Shown here piece by piece: positions 47,961 to 56,166 of a stretch of DNA of 56,280 bases. Position 1 is the first letter of the stretch, and each line of letters starts with the position of its first letter. The stretch is taken from the NCBI GenBank assembly GCA_013334575.1, contig JAAXXG010000007.1:1-56280 (forward strand), given 5' to 3'. Under the pieces are notes generated by a model that was not told where the DNA came from, did not search any database, and saw only the letters and a program-made list of their open reading frames with translations. The position numbers and the translations under genes were made by a program. This DNA is from Candidatus Moraniibacteriota bacterium (GTDB lineage: Bacteria; Patescibacteriota; Minisyncoccia; Moranbacterales; UBA1568).

Positions 47961-50414
47961 CTACATCTGCCACTTGTCGCGGGCAGCCTGATCGTCCATC
48001 GGGTCCTCGTATTCGGGAACGTCGGCCTGGCCCGCGAACTTTCCGATAAGCACGGGACGTCCCTTGTTGTTCCCTTCCGGCGGCCCGACCACGCCCTGTT
48101 CTTCCAAAAGGTCAAGCAGCTTCGCGGCACGGCCGTATCCGATCGACAGCCGCCGTTGCAGGAAGGTGGTCGCCGCCCGCCCCGACTCGATGACGATCCG
48201 CTTGGCTTCCTCGTATTTCTCGTCCTGTTCCGACGGATCGTCCGGTCCGGAAGAGAAGTCGAAGTCGTTCCCGGAAACGGTCGGCTCCTCGCCGCCGCGC
48301 GGGCCGAAATCCTCGTCGAGATTCTCCTCCCCGAGTTCCTTCTTCTGATCGACGAAGAACCGGACCAGGTCCTTGACCTCGCGGTCGTCGACATAGACGC
48401 CCTGGATACGCCTCGGCTGCGACGATTCGGGAGCGGCGTACAGCATATCTCCCTTGCCGATCAGCTTCTCGGCACCGCCGGTATCGAGGATGATACGCGA
48501 GTCCATCTGATTCGAGACCGCGAACGCGATCTTTGCCGGAATGTTCGACTTGATGAGGCCGGTCACGACGTCGGCGACCGGTTTCTGCGTCGCGAGCACG
48601 AGGTGAATGCCGGCGGCGCGGGACATCTGCGCAAGCCGGACGATGGCGCCTTCGACCTCCTTGCCGTGCGACATCATGAGGTCGGCCATCTCGTCGATGA
48701 CGATGACGATGTACGGCATCGGCTCGAGCGGGCAGACCTTCGGACGACCGTCCGACGCGCTGTGGTCGACATACGTCCCTCCCTCGCGTTCCTTCGCGCG
48801 ATAGGCGGCCAGATCGCGAACCCGCACCTGCTCGAAAACCCGGAGCCGCCGGTCCATCTCGCCGATCGCATACTTGAGCGCGTTCACGACATGCTTGGAA
48901 TCCGTGATCACCCGACCGCTCTTGAGGTGCGGGATGCCGTTGTACAGCGAGAGTTCGACGCGCTTCGGGTCGACAAGGATAAGCTGCAGATCCTCCGGCG
49001 AGTTCTGATAGAGGAGCGAAAGGATGAGCGAATTGATGCAGACGCTCTTTCCGGAACCGGTCCGCCCCGCGATCAGGAGGTGCGGCATGGACTCGAGATC
49101 GGCGATCTCGTAGTCCCCCGACACCGATTCGCCGAGGACGACGGACAGGTTGGACCGCTTGGCACGGAAGGCCGAACTCTCGACGATGTCGCGCATGCGT
49201 ACGTTCGCCTGCGCCGTGTTCGGTACCTCGATACCCACGAGCGACTTGTTCGGGATCGGCGCCTCGATGCGGATCGGATGCTTGGCAAGCGCGAGCGCGA
49301 GATCGTTCGAAAGGGCGACTATCTTGGACAGCTTCGTACCGAACGCCGGGCTGAACGTGTACTGTGTTACGGTCGGACCCACGGTCGTCTCGGCCATCTC
49401 TCCGGAAATGCCAAAATGTCGGAGCGTATCATGGATGATTTCCCTCGTCCGGTCGATATCCCCGGAATCCCCGCTCTCGGTCTTCCCCTTGAAAAAATCG
49501 GGATCCGGACGCTGCCAGACGGACTTCCGACGTCGGCGTCGCGGACGCGACTTCCCGGTTTCCTCGACGTCGTCTTCCCCGTCATCGGCATATTCCGACC
49601 CTTCTTCGTCATCGTCCATGTCGTCGGACTCGTCGGCCTCCGCTTCCGTTTCGTCCTCCGGGAAACTGATGGTCCCGATATTGTTCGACGATGGCACGAC
49701 AACGGCAGTCGGCCCGATCGCGACCGGCGGCGCGACGGTTTCCGTCGCGTCGGAAGCCACGGAATCCGCCGGAAGCGCCTCTTCCGACACTTCTTCCGAA
49801 TCGGCTTCCGCTTTCATGGCAGCAAGCCGATCACGCAGCATGCCGATAAAATGGATAAGCGAGACGTTGAACGCCGCGACGACACCGGAAAGAAACAGGG
49901 CTGCGAGAATGATGGCTCCCGCGGCACGACCCGTAAACGAGAACAGGAACGACGCGATTCCGTACCCGACAAATCCTCCGCCGGATCCTTTTTTCGCGTA
50001 CGCAAGCATATCCTTCTGCGTATCGCCCAGAAACAGGTGGAGGATGCCGAGAACCGACAAGAACACGACCCCGAGCCCGACGAATTTCGCGATGTCCGAT
50101 ACGGTCGTCGTGCGGCGCCGGAGCAGGAATACCGCCGAAACGGCAAGCAAGATCGGGAAAAGCCACTTCCCCCATCCGAACAGCGACCCGACCCCTTTGT
50201 CGAGCAGTCCGCCGAGCTTCCCCCCGATTCCGAAGAAGGCGAGCAAAAACAGGATGGCGAACATGACCAGGAAAATCGCCGCGATACTGCGCTTCGCATC
50301 ACCCCCGAGTACATCGCCCCAGCCCGATTCGGACTCTTCCTCAGACTCCTCCTCGGGCTCCCGGGAGCGCCGCTTCCGTTTCTTCGGTTCGTCTTCCGTT
50401 TTCTTCCGTCCCAT
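47961..50414 (-). CDS. ftsK: DNA translocase FtsK/SpoIIIE
   Basis: N-terminal TM helices, acidic linker, motor domain P-loop GRTGSGKSV, C-terminal gamma wHTH (ATTFLQRRLSIGYGRAAKLLDLLEEQGVVGP). The ATG at 50414 lies inside track ORF 47961..50624. Confidence 0.95.
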   Translation of the reverse strand: MGRKKTEDEPKKRKRRSREPEEESEEESESGWGDVLGGDAKRSIAAIFLVMFAILFLLAFFGIGGKLGGLLDKGVGSLFGWGKWLFPILLAVSAVFLLRRRTTTVSDIAKFVGLGVVFLSVLGILHLFLGDTQKDMLAYAKKGSGGGFVGYGIASFLFSFTGRAAGAIILAALFLSGVVAAFNVSLIHFIGMLRDRLAAMKAEADSEEVSEEALPADSVASDATETVAPPVAIGPTAVVVPSSNNIGTISFPEDETEAEADESDDMDDDEEGSEYADDGEDDVEETGKSRPRRRRRKSVWQRPDPDFFKGKTESGDSGDIDRTREIIHDTLRHFGISGEMAETTVGPTVTQYTFSPAFGTKLSKIVALSNDLALALAKHPIRIEAPIPNKSLVGIEVPNTAQANVRMRDIVESSAFRAKRSNLSVVLGESVSGDYEIADLESMPHLLIAGRTGSGKSVCINSLILSLLYQNSPEDLQLILVDPKRVELSLYNGIPHLKSGRVITDSKHVVNALKYAIGEMDRRLRVFEQVRVRDLAAYRAKEREGGTYVDHSASDGRPKVCPLEPMPYIVIVIDEMADLMMSHGKEVEGAIVRLAQMSRAAGIHLVLATQKPVADVVTGLIKSNIPAKIAFAVSNQMDSRIILDTGGAEKLIGKGDMLYAAPESSQPRRIQGVYVDDREVKDLVRFFVDQKKELGEENLDEDFGPRGGEEPTVSGNDFDFSSGPDDPSEQDEKYEEAKRIVIESGRAATTFLQRRLSIGYGRAAKLLDLLEEQGVVGPPEGNNKGRPVLIGKFAGQADVPEYEDPMDDQAARDKWQM

Positions 50415-50604
50415 AATCGTCGGTATGTCACGTATCACGACACAGCGCCGGGAACGGCTCGTCCCCGGTTCCGCGATATGCCGGAAGTATAGCACTCCCT
50501 TCCTCTTCGCGCGACCATCCGGACACGACTCCAATCGGTTCAGACCTTTCGAAAAGCAAAGGGTCCGACGCATTGCAGCGACAGACCCTCTCAATTCACC
50601 GTAT

Positions 50605-51107
50605 TCATACGGCCACTCCCGCACCCCCGAAACGCGGCGTGTCGTCCGACCCGTTTCCCGGCCCTTTCCACCGACCCGGCTCCTCTTCTTCTGATGGTGC
50701 CGAAGCCGCCTCCGTGTCCCTAAGAATCAGACGGGCTCTCGGAATCAGAAACGTCTTTCCGAACAGCGTCTCAAGGGAAGAGAGCGTCGTCCACAGCCGA
50801 TTCCAATCATCCTCACACGGCTCCCGTTTCCGCGATTTTTCCTCGATATCGGAGACCGCCTCGCACAATTGCGTCAACAACGGGTACATTCCGGAAAAAT
50901 CCGGCAATTTCCCGAAGACATATTCTCTCAACTGTCGTTCGATCTCTTTGCCATACCTCGAGACGACATCCCGTTCACCGGACACCTTTTCAGCAACGTG
51001 TCCCAGTCGGACGATCCGTCTCCCAGGAGATACTCGCCCTGCAACGCGAGATTGACGATATCGCGCAATACGAGCGTCACCATCTCGGGATTCCCCTGTT
51101 CTTCCAT
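50605..51107 (-). pseudogene. Orphan gene in two overlapping frames (-1 frameshift, probably at A4 run 50987..50990)
   Basis: Frame A from the ATG at 51107 reads MEEQGNPEMVTLVLRDIVNLALQGEYLLGDGSSDWDTLLKR.. and stops 16 codons later. Frame B (the track ORF frame) is protein-like only from ..KVSGERDVVSRYGKEIERQLREYVFGKLPDFSGMYPLLTQLCEAV... to the stop at 50605. Upstream of that, frame B is Arg-rich junk. Confidence 0.5.
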
Positions 51108-51389
51108 GGTAATGAACGGTCTGGTTCCCGCGGAAGCCCCGCGGTCGGCGTCTTTTCTTCTCCCTTCTTCCTACCTTCAAAAAGCCGGGAGTCAAGGAGC
51201 GCGAGCGGCGGCTCCGTGAGACGACCCGCCTCGGTTCCCCATCGGACCGGCGGGCATCGCGGTCACGAAGACGGTCAATCGGCAGCCATTCGACGTCGAC
51301 ATATCCGGACGGACCCTTGACGGATTTGAAAAACCGTCACAGACTTCCCCCGAAGTCCCCGCTCGTTAACACCTAAATGAAACCACGCT

Positions 51390-51959
51390 ATGTGCAGTAT
51401 CACTTCGTACGGTTCCACGTATTGCCGCGCGCTCGACCAACTCATCACCGACGCATTCGAGGCCTGTGGCTATTCGCTTGTAGCGGGTAATTCGGAGCCT
51501 GATCCGAACACGACCGGCTCCGGCGACAGGCTATCGCTCGCAAAAACGCTCGCTACAAGAAGAATCCCGAACACTCGTACCGACCGCGCCTGCATCTCGG
51601 TCGGACTCGCAGTGGTGCTTTCAATCAACTCGAAGCACTCGAATCCGCTCGGAAAAGCCGTAAGCAACCGGGAGCGGTCGATAATCCTGAAGCGGCTCAC
51701 CAAGAAGGATGAGCCTGTCATGCTCGCATTCGGCATCGCCATCCGTATCCCGACCGAAGGCGGGCTCCAATGTTCGCACGTACTACTCGGAGATGCCGAG
51801 ATAAAAATGACGATCGACCATGTCCCGAATCCGACCGCGACGGGCCCGCACGCATTCTGGACCGAGATCGGAAACGCGCTTCGCATCGCCGATCCGGACG
51901 GCGCCAAAGAGACGCTCATCAAGATCATCAGTCGGGCACTCCCGCAACGCGGCGTCTGA
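51390..51959 (+). CDS. Hypothetical protein (189 aa)
   Basis: Most protein-like of the overlapping ORFs; no SD and no recognised motif. A hairpin terminator follows (51977..52025). Confidence 0.45.
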   Translation: MCSITSYGSTYCRALDQLITDAFEACGYSLVAGNSEPDPNTTGSGDRLSLAKTLATRRIPNTRTDRACISVGLAVVLSINSKHSNPLGKAVSNRERSIILKRLTKKDEPVMLAFGIAIRIPTEGGLQCSHVLLGDAEIKMTIDHVPNPTATGPHAFWTEIGNALRIADPDGAKETLIKIISRALPQRGV

Positions 51960-51976
51960 ATCTTCGCACGAACTGA

Positions 51977-52025
51977 CAAAAGAACGCCCTGTTCCTCATA
52001 CCGAGGTTCAGGGCGTTATTTTTGA
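51977..52025. terminator. Bidirectional terminator between convergent 51390..51959 and 52034..52285
   Basis: AACGCCCTG...CAGGGCGTT with ATTTTTG (plus strand) and CTTTTGT (minus strand). Confidence 0.7.
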
Positions 52026-52033
52026 AAACGGCC

Positions 52034-52285
52034 TTATCCGACCGACTCGAACCAGCAAGACGAAACTTCGAACTCCGCCGCCGACTGATCGTCGCAACGG
52101 ACGATCGTCAGCACGTCGAATGCTCCGCGCTCGGATGCCGAAAGAGACGACCGGTGATTGACGTTCACGACGAGAAACGGCCCGTCACCGCCGCAATATG
52201 CGCGCACCATATCATGATCGTATGCGCACAGCCCCCTTTTCAGGACGACCCTCATTCCCTCCGAAAACATGCCGTCAGATATCAC
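52034..52285 (-). CDS. Hypothetical small protein (83 aa, predicted beta-rich)
   Basis: GTG start 5 nt after AAGGAGG. Convergent with 51390..51959 and shares its terminator. Confidence 0.6.
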   Translation of the reverse strand: MISDGMFSEGMRVVLKRGLCAYDHDMVRAYCGGDGPFLVVNVNHRSSLSASERGAFDVLTIVRCDDQSAAEFEVSSCWFESVG

Positions 52286-52414
52286 CGTTTCCTCCTTTTT
52301 CGTTCTTCCGTTTTCGATACGGACGAGCAGCCGCTATCGCAGCCGCCCTGTTGGTAAAGACACCATGCCATATAATCACCCCGAACGACGCCGGTCAACG
52401 GTCGATCATGATTG

Positions 52415-52442
52415 TTGACAAGATATGAAAAAACAGTATAAT
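52415..52442 (+). promoter_or_regulatory. Promoter for the Maf-like gene (TTGACA-16-TATAAT)
   Basis: Consensus hexamers in an AT-rich spacer. Confidence 0.65.
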
Positions 52443-52500
52443 ATACAAAGGTTTTTTAACGAACTCTCTATCCGACAACACCAACCCGACTGGAGGAAAC

Positions 52501-53202
52501 ATGATTCCTGATCAAAATCGCCCGAAAATAATCATCACCGGAAAAACAAGGACCACTCCGGTACTCGACCAACTCGCCTCGCGACTGTCGGGCTTGTTCC
52601 AGGTCGAAATAAGACCGTTCGACTGTCTGGTTCCGAAGTGTTTCTCAAAGTCGAGAACGCCAGGAGCGAAAGCGGTTTCCATTGCCCATTACCTGACATC
52701 GACGGTCGAGGTGCCCGACGACACAGCCTTCATTCTTGGCATCGGATTCACGGCCGAAAAACTCCAGTGGAACGATCAGAAGACGGGAGAGGAGCTGCTC
52801 TGCCCGGATACGAAAATACATCTCGATGAAATGATAACCAAGCTTTCCGGGTACGACTATCTTCTGAATGTCGGATGCTCCCTGCTTACGACAAGAACGT
52901 CGGTCACGAACGGATTCATCGTAGAGGAAAATCTCTGCGTCCGATCCTTATCAAAAGAGGAGAGGAACGAATTCGTAGAGAGTATCCCGAAAGCGCGGCT
53001 CGGCAAGGTCGGACCGGTGTTCCCTTTCCGGGAAACCGACGAATGGACGCGGCTTCTCACGGAACCGGAACCCGACATCGAAATCATCACTGATCGGATT
53101 CTCCGTCAACTTTCCGAACATTTCAAGAAAGAGGAAAACCCTCTCGGAGAAAGGCTCCTCAAAACGCTTGTTCCCACGGACGAATCGAAGCTGTCCGCAT
53201 AG
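52501..53202 (+). CDS. Divergent Maf-like (nucleoside-triphosphate pyrophosphatase fold) protein with a degenerate N-terminal motif
   Basis: TTGACA-16-TATAAT promoter and GGAGGAAAC-ATG SD. Pattern matches to Maf recalled from memory: KIIITGKTRT (vs LILASxSPRR), PDDTAFILG (vs GADTvV), MITKLSGYDYLLNVGCSL (vs MLrrLSGrxHxVxTaV), VRSLSKEERNEFVES (vs fxxLSxeEIxxYv). Not verified by alignment. Confidence 0.4.
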   Translation: MIPDQNRPKIIITGKTRTTPVLDQLASRLSGLFQVEIRPFDCLVPKCFSKSRTPGAKAVSIAHYLTSTVEVPDDTAFILGIGFTAEKLQWNDQKTGEELLCPDTKIHLDEMITKLSGYDYLLNVGCSLLTTRTSVTNGFIVEENLCVRSLSKEERNEFVESIPKARLGKVGPVFPFRETDEWTRLLTEPEPDIEIITDRILRQLSEHFKKEENPLGERLLKTLVPTDESKLSA

Positions 53203-53223
53203 CGTGCGATTGTCACTCAAATC

Positions 53224-53256
53224 AAAAGGCCGCCCATCCAAGGTGGCCTTTTACAT
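53224..53256. terminator. Hairpin terminator after the Maf-like gene
   Basis: AAAGGCCGCC-catccaa-GGTGGCCTTT with flanking T/A runs. Confidence 0.65.
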
Positions 53257-53443
53257 ATCATCTCTGAACGCGTACCGAAATCACCGAATGAACCAGAAAC
53301 ATTGCGCTTCCTAATTCCTCTCCTCGCGAGCAAAATCCGAAATTGAAATACGTTTCCAAGGAAACACAACGGGACACGGAAATCACCTCCACCTTATGCC
53401 GTATTCCAGTCCTTACCGATAATCCGGAGTAAGACTCTGCGCC

Positions 53444-53486
53444 AAAAAAAAAAAACGGTGTGCGCATCAGCCGACACGCACACCGT
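53444..53486 (-). terminator. Strong intrinsic terminator of the PRAI-like gene
   Basis: ACGGTGTGCG...CGCACACCGT followed by T12 on the minus strand. Confidence 0.85.
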
Positions 53487-53517
53487 CCCAGCCCTAACAG
53501 ACAGACCTTCCCGCCGG

Positions 53518-54267
53518 TCACCGCGAAACGAGTCCGAACATGGCCTTGAGATACCGGAAGCCGTCTTCCGGCTTTTTCACCCTGTATTCCGCATCCAGAC
53601 TGAGCCCCGAATAACTCCGCAGCAACTTCCTCGCCTCCGCCTCGCTTTCGACATCGGCACCGAGACCGCCCGCGACACCGAAACCGAGACCGGGATAGCA
53701 ATCACGAACCTTCCACAGGAAATCGTGCGCCATCTTCGGATTGAACGGCGTTCCGGTCCCTCCGCTCGGGTCGAGCAGCACGGCGTCGATGAACGGCTCG
53801 TAGTCGCGGAGTTTCCCTGCCACACGTTCCATGAGGCCGCCGAAATTCCCGAGGTCGGACAATGCCTGCCTCCCGATCTGGAGCACGAGATGTTTCTCCG
53901 GATGGCGCTCCCGGAACTTCTCGAGTTCATCAAGAGGCGGCCAGGGAATATTGAGCTGAAAACCGTCGGGTCCCGGACTCTGCCCGGATTTCACGATGAG
54001 CGCCTGCAAGTCGTTGTTCAGCGATTCCGGCCTGCTCGTCCCATAGTGGATGAGAACGAACAACCGCGGATCCCGGACGCAAAGATTCTTGACCGCTCCC
54101 CATAACCTCGCATCCCCGTCGAATACGGTGGGCCCCATCGGCAAGCCGACCATGAGCCGATACCGCGACGTTTCCGGTACCAGCTCAAGCGCCCTTCGGA
54201 CGAGTTCCGGCGTCCAGCTCGCGCTCGTCCACCCGATATACGGCCCTTCCTTCTTCCCTGTCGTCAT
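53518..54267 (-). CDS. Phosphoribosylanthranilate isomerase (TrpF/PRAI)-like TIM-barrel protein, stand-alone
   Basis: AVLLDPSGGTGTPFNPKM...GFGVAGGLGADV...LSLDAE resembles the PRAI phosphate-binding C-terminal half (LLDxxxGGxGxxFdW...lsGGL). ATG at 54267 with a GGGAGGGGG SD. Strong terminator at 53444..53486. Confidence 0.5.
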   Translation of the reverse strand: MTTGKKEGPYIGWTSASWTPELVRRALELVPETSRYRLMVGLPMGPTVFDGDARLWGAVKNLCVRDPRLFVLIHYGTSRPESLNNDLQALIVKSGQSPGPDGFQLNIPWPPLDELEKFRERHPEKHLVLQIGRQALSDLGNFGGLMERVAGKLRDYEPFIDAVLLDPSGGTGTPFNPKMAHDFLWKVRDCYPGLGFGVAGGLGADVESEAEARKLLRSYSGLSLDAEYRVKKPEDGFRYLKAMFGLVSR

Positions 54268-54434
54268 GACCCCCTCCCTTCCGATTATGATGATGTTATC
54301 GAACAGAACCGCCCACCATGGACAGCCCGTCATAGTCACTCATGCCGAAAGAAAAAGCAAGCCCGACAGAATGGAATCGATGCTTCCGGATAAAAAACGC
54401 GAACCGATTCTGGCGTCGATTATCCGCACGCAAT

Positions 54435-54548
54435 GAACGAAGCCGCCCAACCGGACGGCTTCTTTTTTTTGTCCGCATCGGAAGCGCGTGCTCCCATTTC
54501 CGAAATCCGATTTCACCGTATTCCCCCTCTCCCTCCGGGAGAGGGCTG
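54435..54548 (+). repeat. Direct repeat copy 1 (terminator hairpin + T8, then CCCTCTCCC/GGGAGAGGG hairpin module)
   Basis: 114/114 nt identical to 56167..56280 on character-by-character comparison. Offset 1732 bp. Confidence 0.95.
54439..54470 (+). terminator. Terminator hairpin + T8 inside repeat copy 1 (no obvious plus-strand gene upstream)
   Basis: GAAGCCG-cccaaccgga-CGGCTTC followed by TTTTTTTT. Confidence 0.6.
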
Positions 54549-54707
54549 GGGTGAGGGAGTGGCGACCTGCGACAGGAATCATGAGGCTTGAAAAGGTACC
54601 GGATCTCTCTTCGTCGAACGGGCATGGAAAAACCGACAGATCAGTCGTTTCTCGTCCGTCGAGGCGTCTCCGAAAAAATACACTCCTTTCGATTCCGGCC
54701 CGGCACC

Positions 54708-54727
54708 ACCATATTACGTAATATGGT
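54708..54727. promoter_or_regulatory. Perfect 20-bp palindrome ACCATATTACGTAATATGGT (candidate dimeric-protein binding site)
   Basis: Read directly. Lies in the 54549..54980 non-coding stretch, about 255 bp upstream of the 54981 promoter. Confidence 0.6.
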
Positions 54728-54980
54728 AGGAAACCTGGACCGGACCGAAAAACAGATCCAAACGGAAAGCCGTAGATTCCGGATCAAGTCCGGAATGACA
54801 GGGGTAAAAACATTCATAGAAAAAAATACTGCGGGCCGGACGCGGCTGAGCGGATTTCTGTACATCCGCTTCTTATTTCCTCCGCAAGGCGAACATGAAA
54901 CGGTTTTGACATCGGAGCAACTACCTGTTCTCGTAGGCAACCCCGATCGAGGAAACCTGCCAATGCCTCGACAATTTTGT

Positions 54981-55009
54981 TTGACAAAAAGTCATTAAAA
55001 TTCTATAAT
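54981..55009 (+). promoter_or_regulatory. Perfect-consensus promoter for 55060..56151 (TTGACA-17-TATAAT)
   Basis: Both hexamers and the spacing are consensus. Confidence 0.7.
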
Positions 55010-55059
55010 TTTCCGAACGTTTTTTCACATATTTTTTAACCGACAAACCGGGAGCATCC

Positions 55060-56151
55060 ATGCCTACGACAGAAACCGGGACATCCCTGTCCCAAATCAG
55101 GGAACGCCTCGCAGTCGCACTCGAGGGAATCAAAAAAATGCCGATAACCCCGCAGATCGCGGGATGGGCCGGCGTCGGCGTGCCCCATTATTTTGGCGGC
55201 CAAGAACTGAAAAGAATCGCGGAAGGAGAGCGTGGCTACACCGAGGGACGGAGCTATCTTTCCAACCGGATCGCCGCCTATCGCGAGAAATCCGAGACAT
55301 TACTCCGCTCATTGGGAATACCGGCTGCCGTTCAGGCACAGGCCGTCGTATTGCCACAGTCGACCATGACCGAATTCCTTGAAGAAAGCGGGAGGATACT
55401 GATCGAGACGAAGGAGGAGGATAGAGGCCGGGTAAACATCTCGGCACACCTCTATTCCGACGCCAAGTTCAAATACACCAATCTTTCAGGAAAGGCGGTA
55501 GATGTCATCACGATAGTCTTTGCACTGTCCATCATATTCACCGTAGGATACGCGCTCTTCGTGACCAACGCGCCGAAGACGCCTCTCGGATGGGTCAGCG
55601 GGGCGCTCCTCTTCCTTGTAAGAGCTGTCGTGTCGATCGGAAGCGGAATCGGCGTTTTGTATCTTGCGGACTGGGCTCTCGGAACCAGGCCTGCACAAGC
55701 TCTGATGAACAACTTCGTCGACTGGCTTGCCACCCTGTGGATCAAGCGATTCGTCAGGAAAAGAGACAGGAGCGAGATACTGAAACAATTATTACGACCC
55801 GCATCTTCCGGAAAGAACTACGGCACGGCCGAGCTCGTATTCGCGCCGCATCCGGACGAACTCGAACGGACGATCGGGATGATTCCGGAAATCCGTGTCG
55901 CGGCGAAACCTGAATCCGTCGGCATCATTCCGCTTAATGGAGACATAAGCGAAATCGATATCAAACATCGTCGCCCCGACCTCATGAAGCTGGTAACGGA
56001 CTCGCCCAAACTCCTGTTCTACGTGAACACGCGCGACGGCAGAAGAAACCCTTATTGCATCCTCCTCGGCAGCGTCGGCACGCTTTCGAACACGGATCTC
56101 GACGCGCTTGATCGCGTTCTCCGACCCGAAAAGCTTGTGGAGAAAATCTGA
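55060..56151 (+). CDS. Hypothetical protein with two central TM helices (363 aa)
   Basis: Perfect TTGACA-17-TATAAT promoter (54981..55009), GGGAG SD, TM segments VDVITIVFALSIIFTVGYALFV and LGWVSGALLFLVRAVVSIGSGIGVLYLADWAL. Followed by repeat copy 2 and its terminator. Confidence 0.7.
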   Translation: MPTTETGTSLSQIRERLAVALEGIKKMPITPQIAGWAGVGVPHYFGGQELKRIAEGERGYTEGRSYLSNRIAAYREKSETLLRSLGIPAAVQAQAVVLPQSTMTEFLEESGRILIETKEEDRGRVNISAHLYSDAKFKYTNLSGKAVDVITIVFALSIIFTVGYALFVTNAPKTPLGWVSGALLFLVRAVVSIGSGIGVLYLADWALGTRPAQALMNNFVDWLATLWIKRFVRKRDRSEILKQLLRPASSGKNYGTAELVFAPHPDELERTIGMIPEIRVAAKPESVGIIPLNGDISEIDIKHRRPDLMKLVTDSPKLLFYVNTRDGRRNPYCILLGSVGTLSNTDLDALDRVLRPEKLVEKI

Positions 56152-56166
56152 TTCCATCAACAAAAC

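Noticed and set aside
51470-51979. Minus-strand ORF 51470..51979 (169 aa) as an alternative to 51390..51959(+).
   Set aside because: It is Ser/Pro/Ala-rich and low-complexity, and it runs through the bidirectional terminator region. The plus-strand frame has more protein-like composition, but neither is certain.
53258-53701. Track ORF 53258..53701(-), 147 aa.
   Set aside because: It spans the T12 intrinsic terminator and overlaps the 3' end of the PRAI-like gene in another frame. Only its last 39 codons, which have their own SD, are even conceivable; those are reported separately at low confidence.
54296-54625. Minus-strand ORFs 54296..54625 and 54340..54582 (…SPLPEGEGEYGE…, …LTPALSRRERG…), and the matching 55982..56248(-) ORF.
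   Set aside because: They are translations of the 114-bp repeat (terminator plus CCCTCTCCC/GGGAGAGGG hairpin). They run through a T8/A8 tract and have no SD. Their recurrence simply mirrors the nucleotide repeat.
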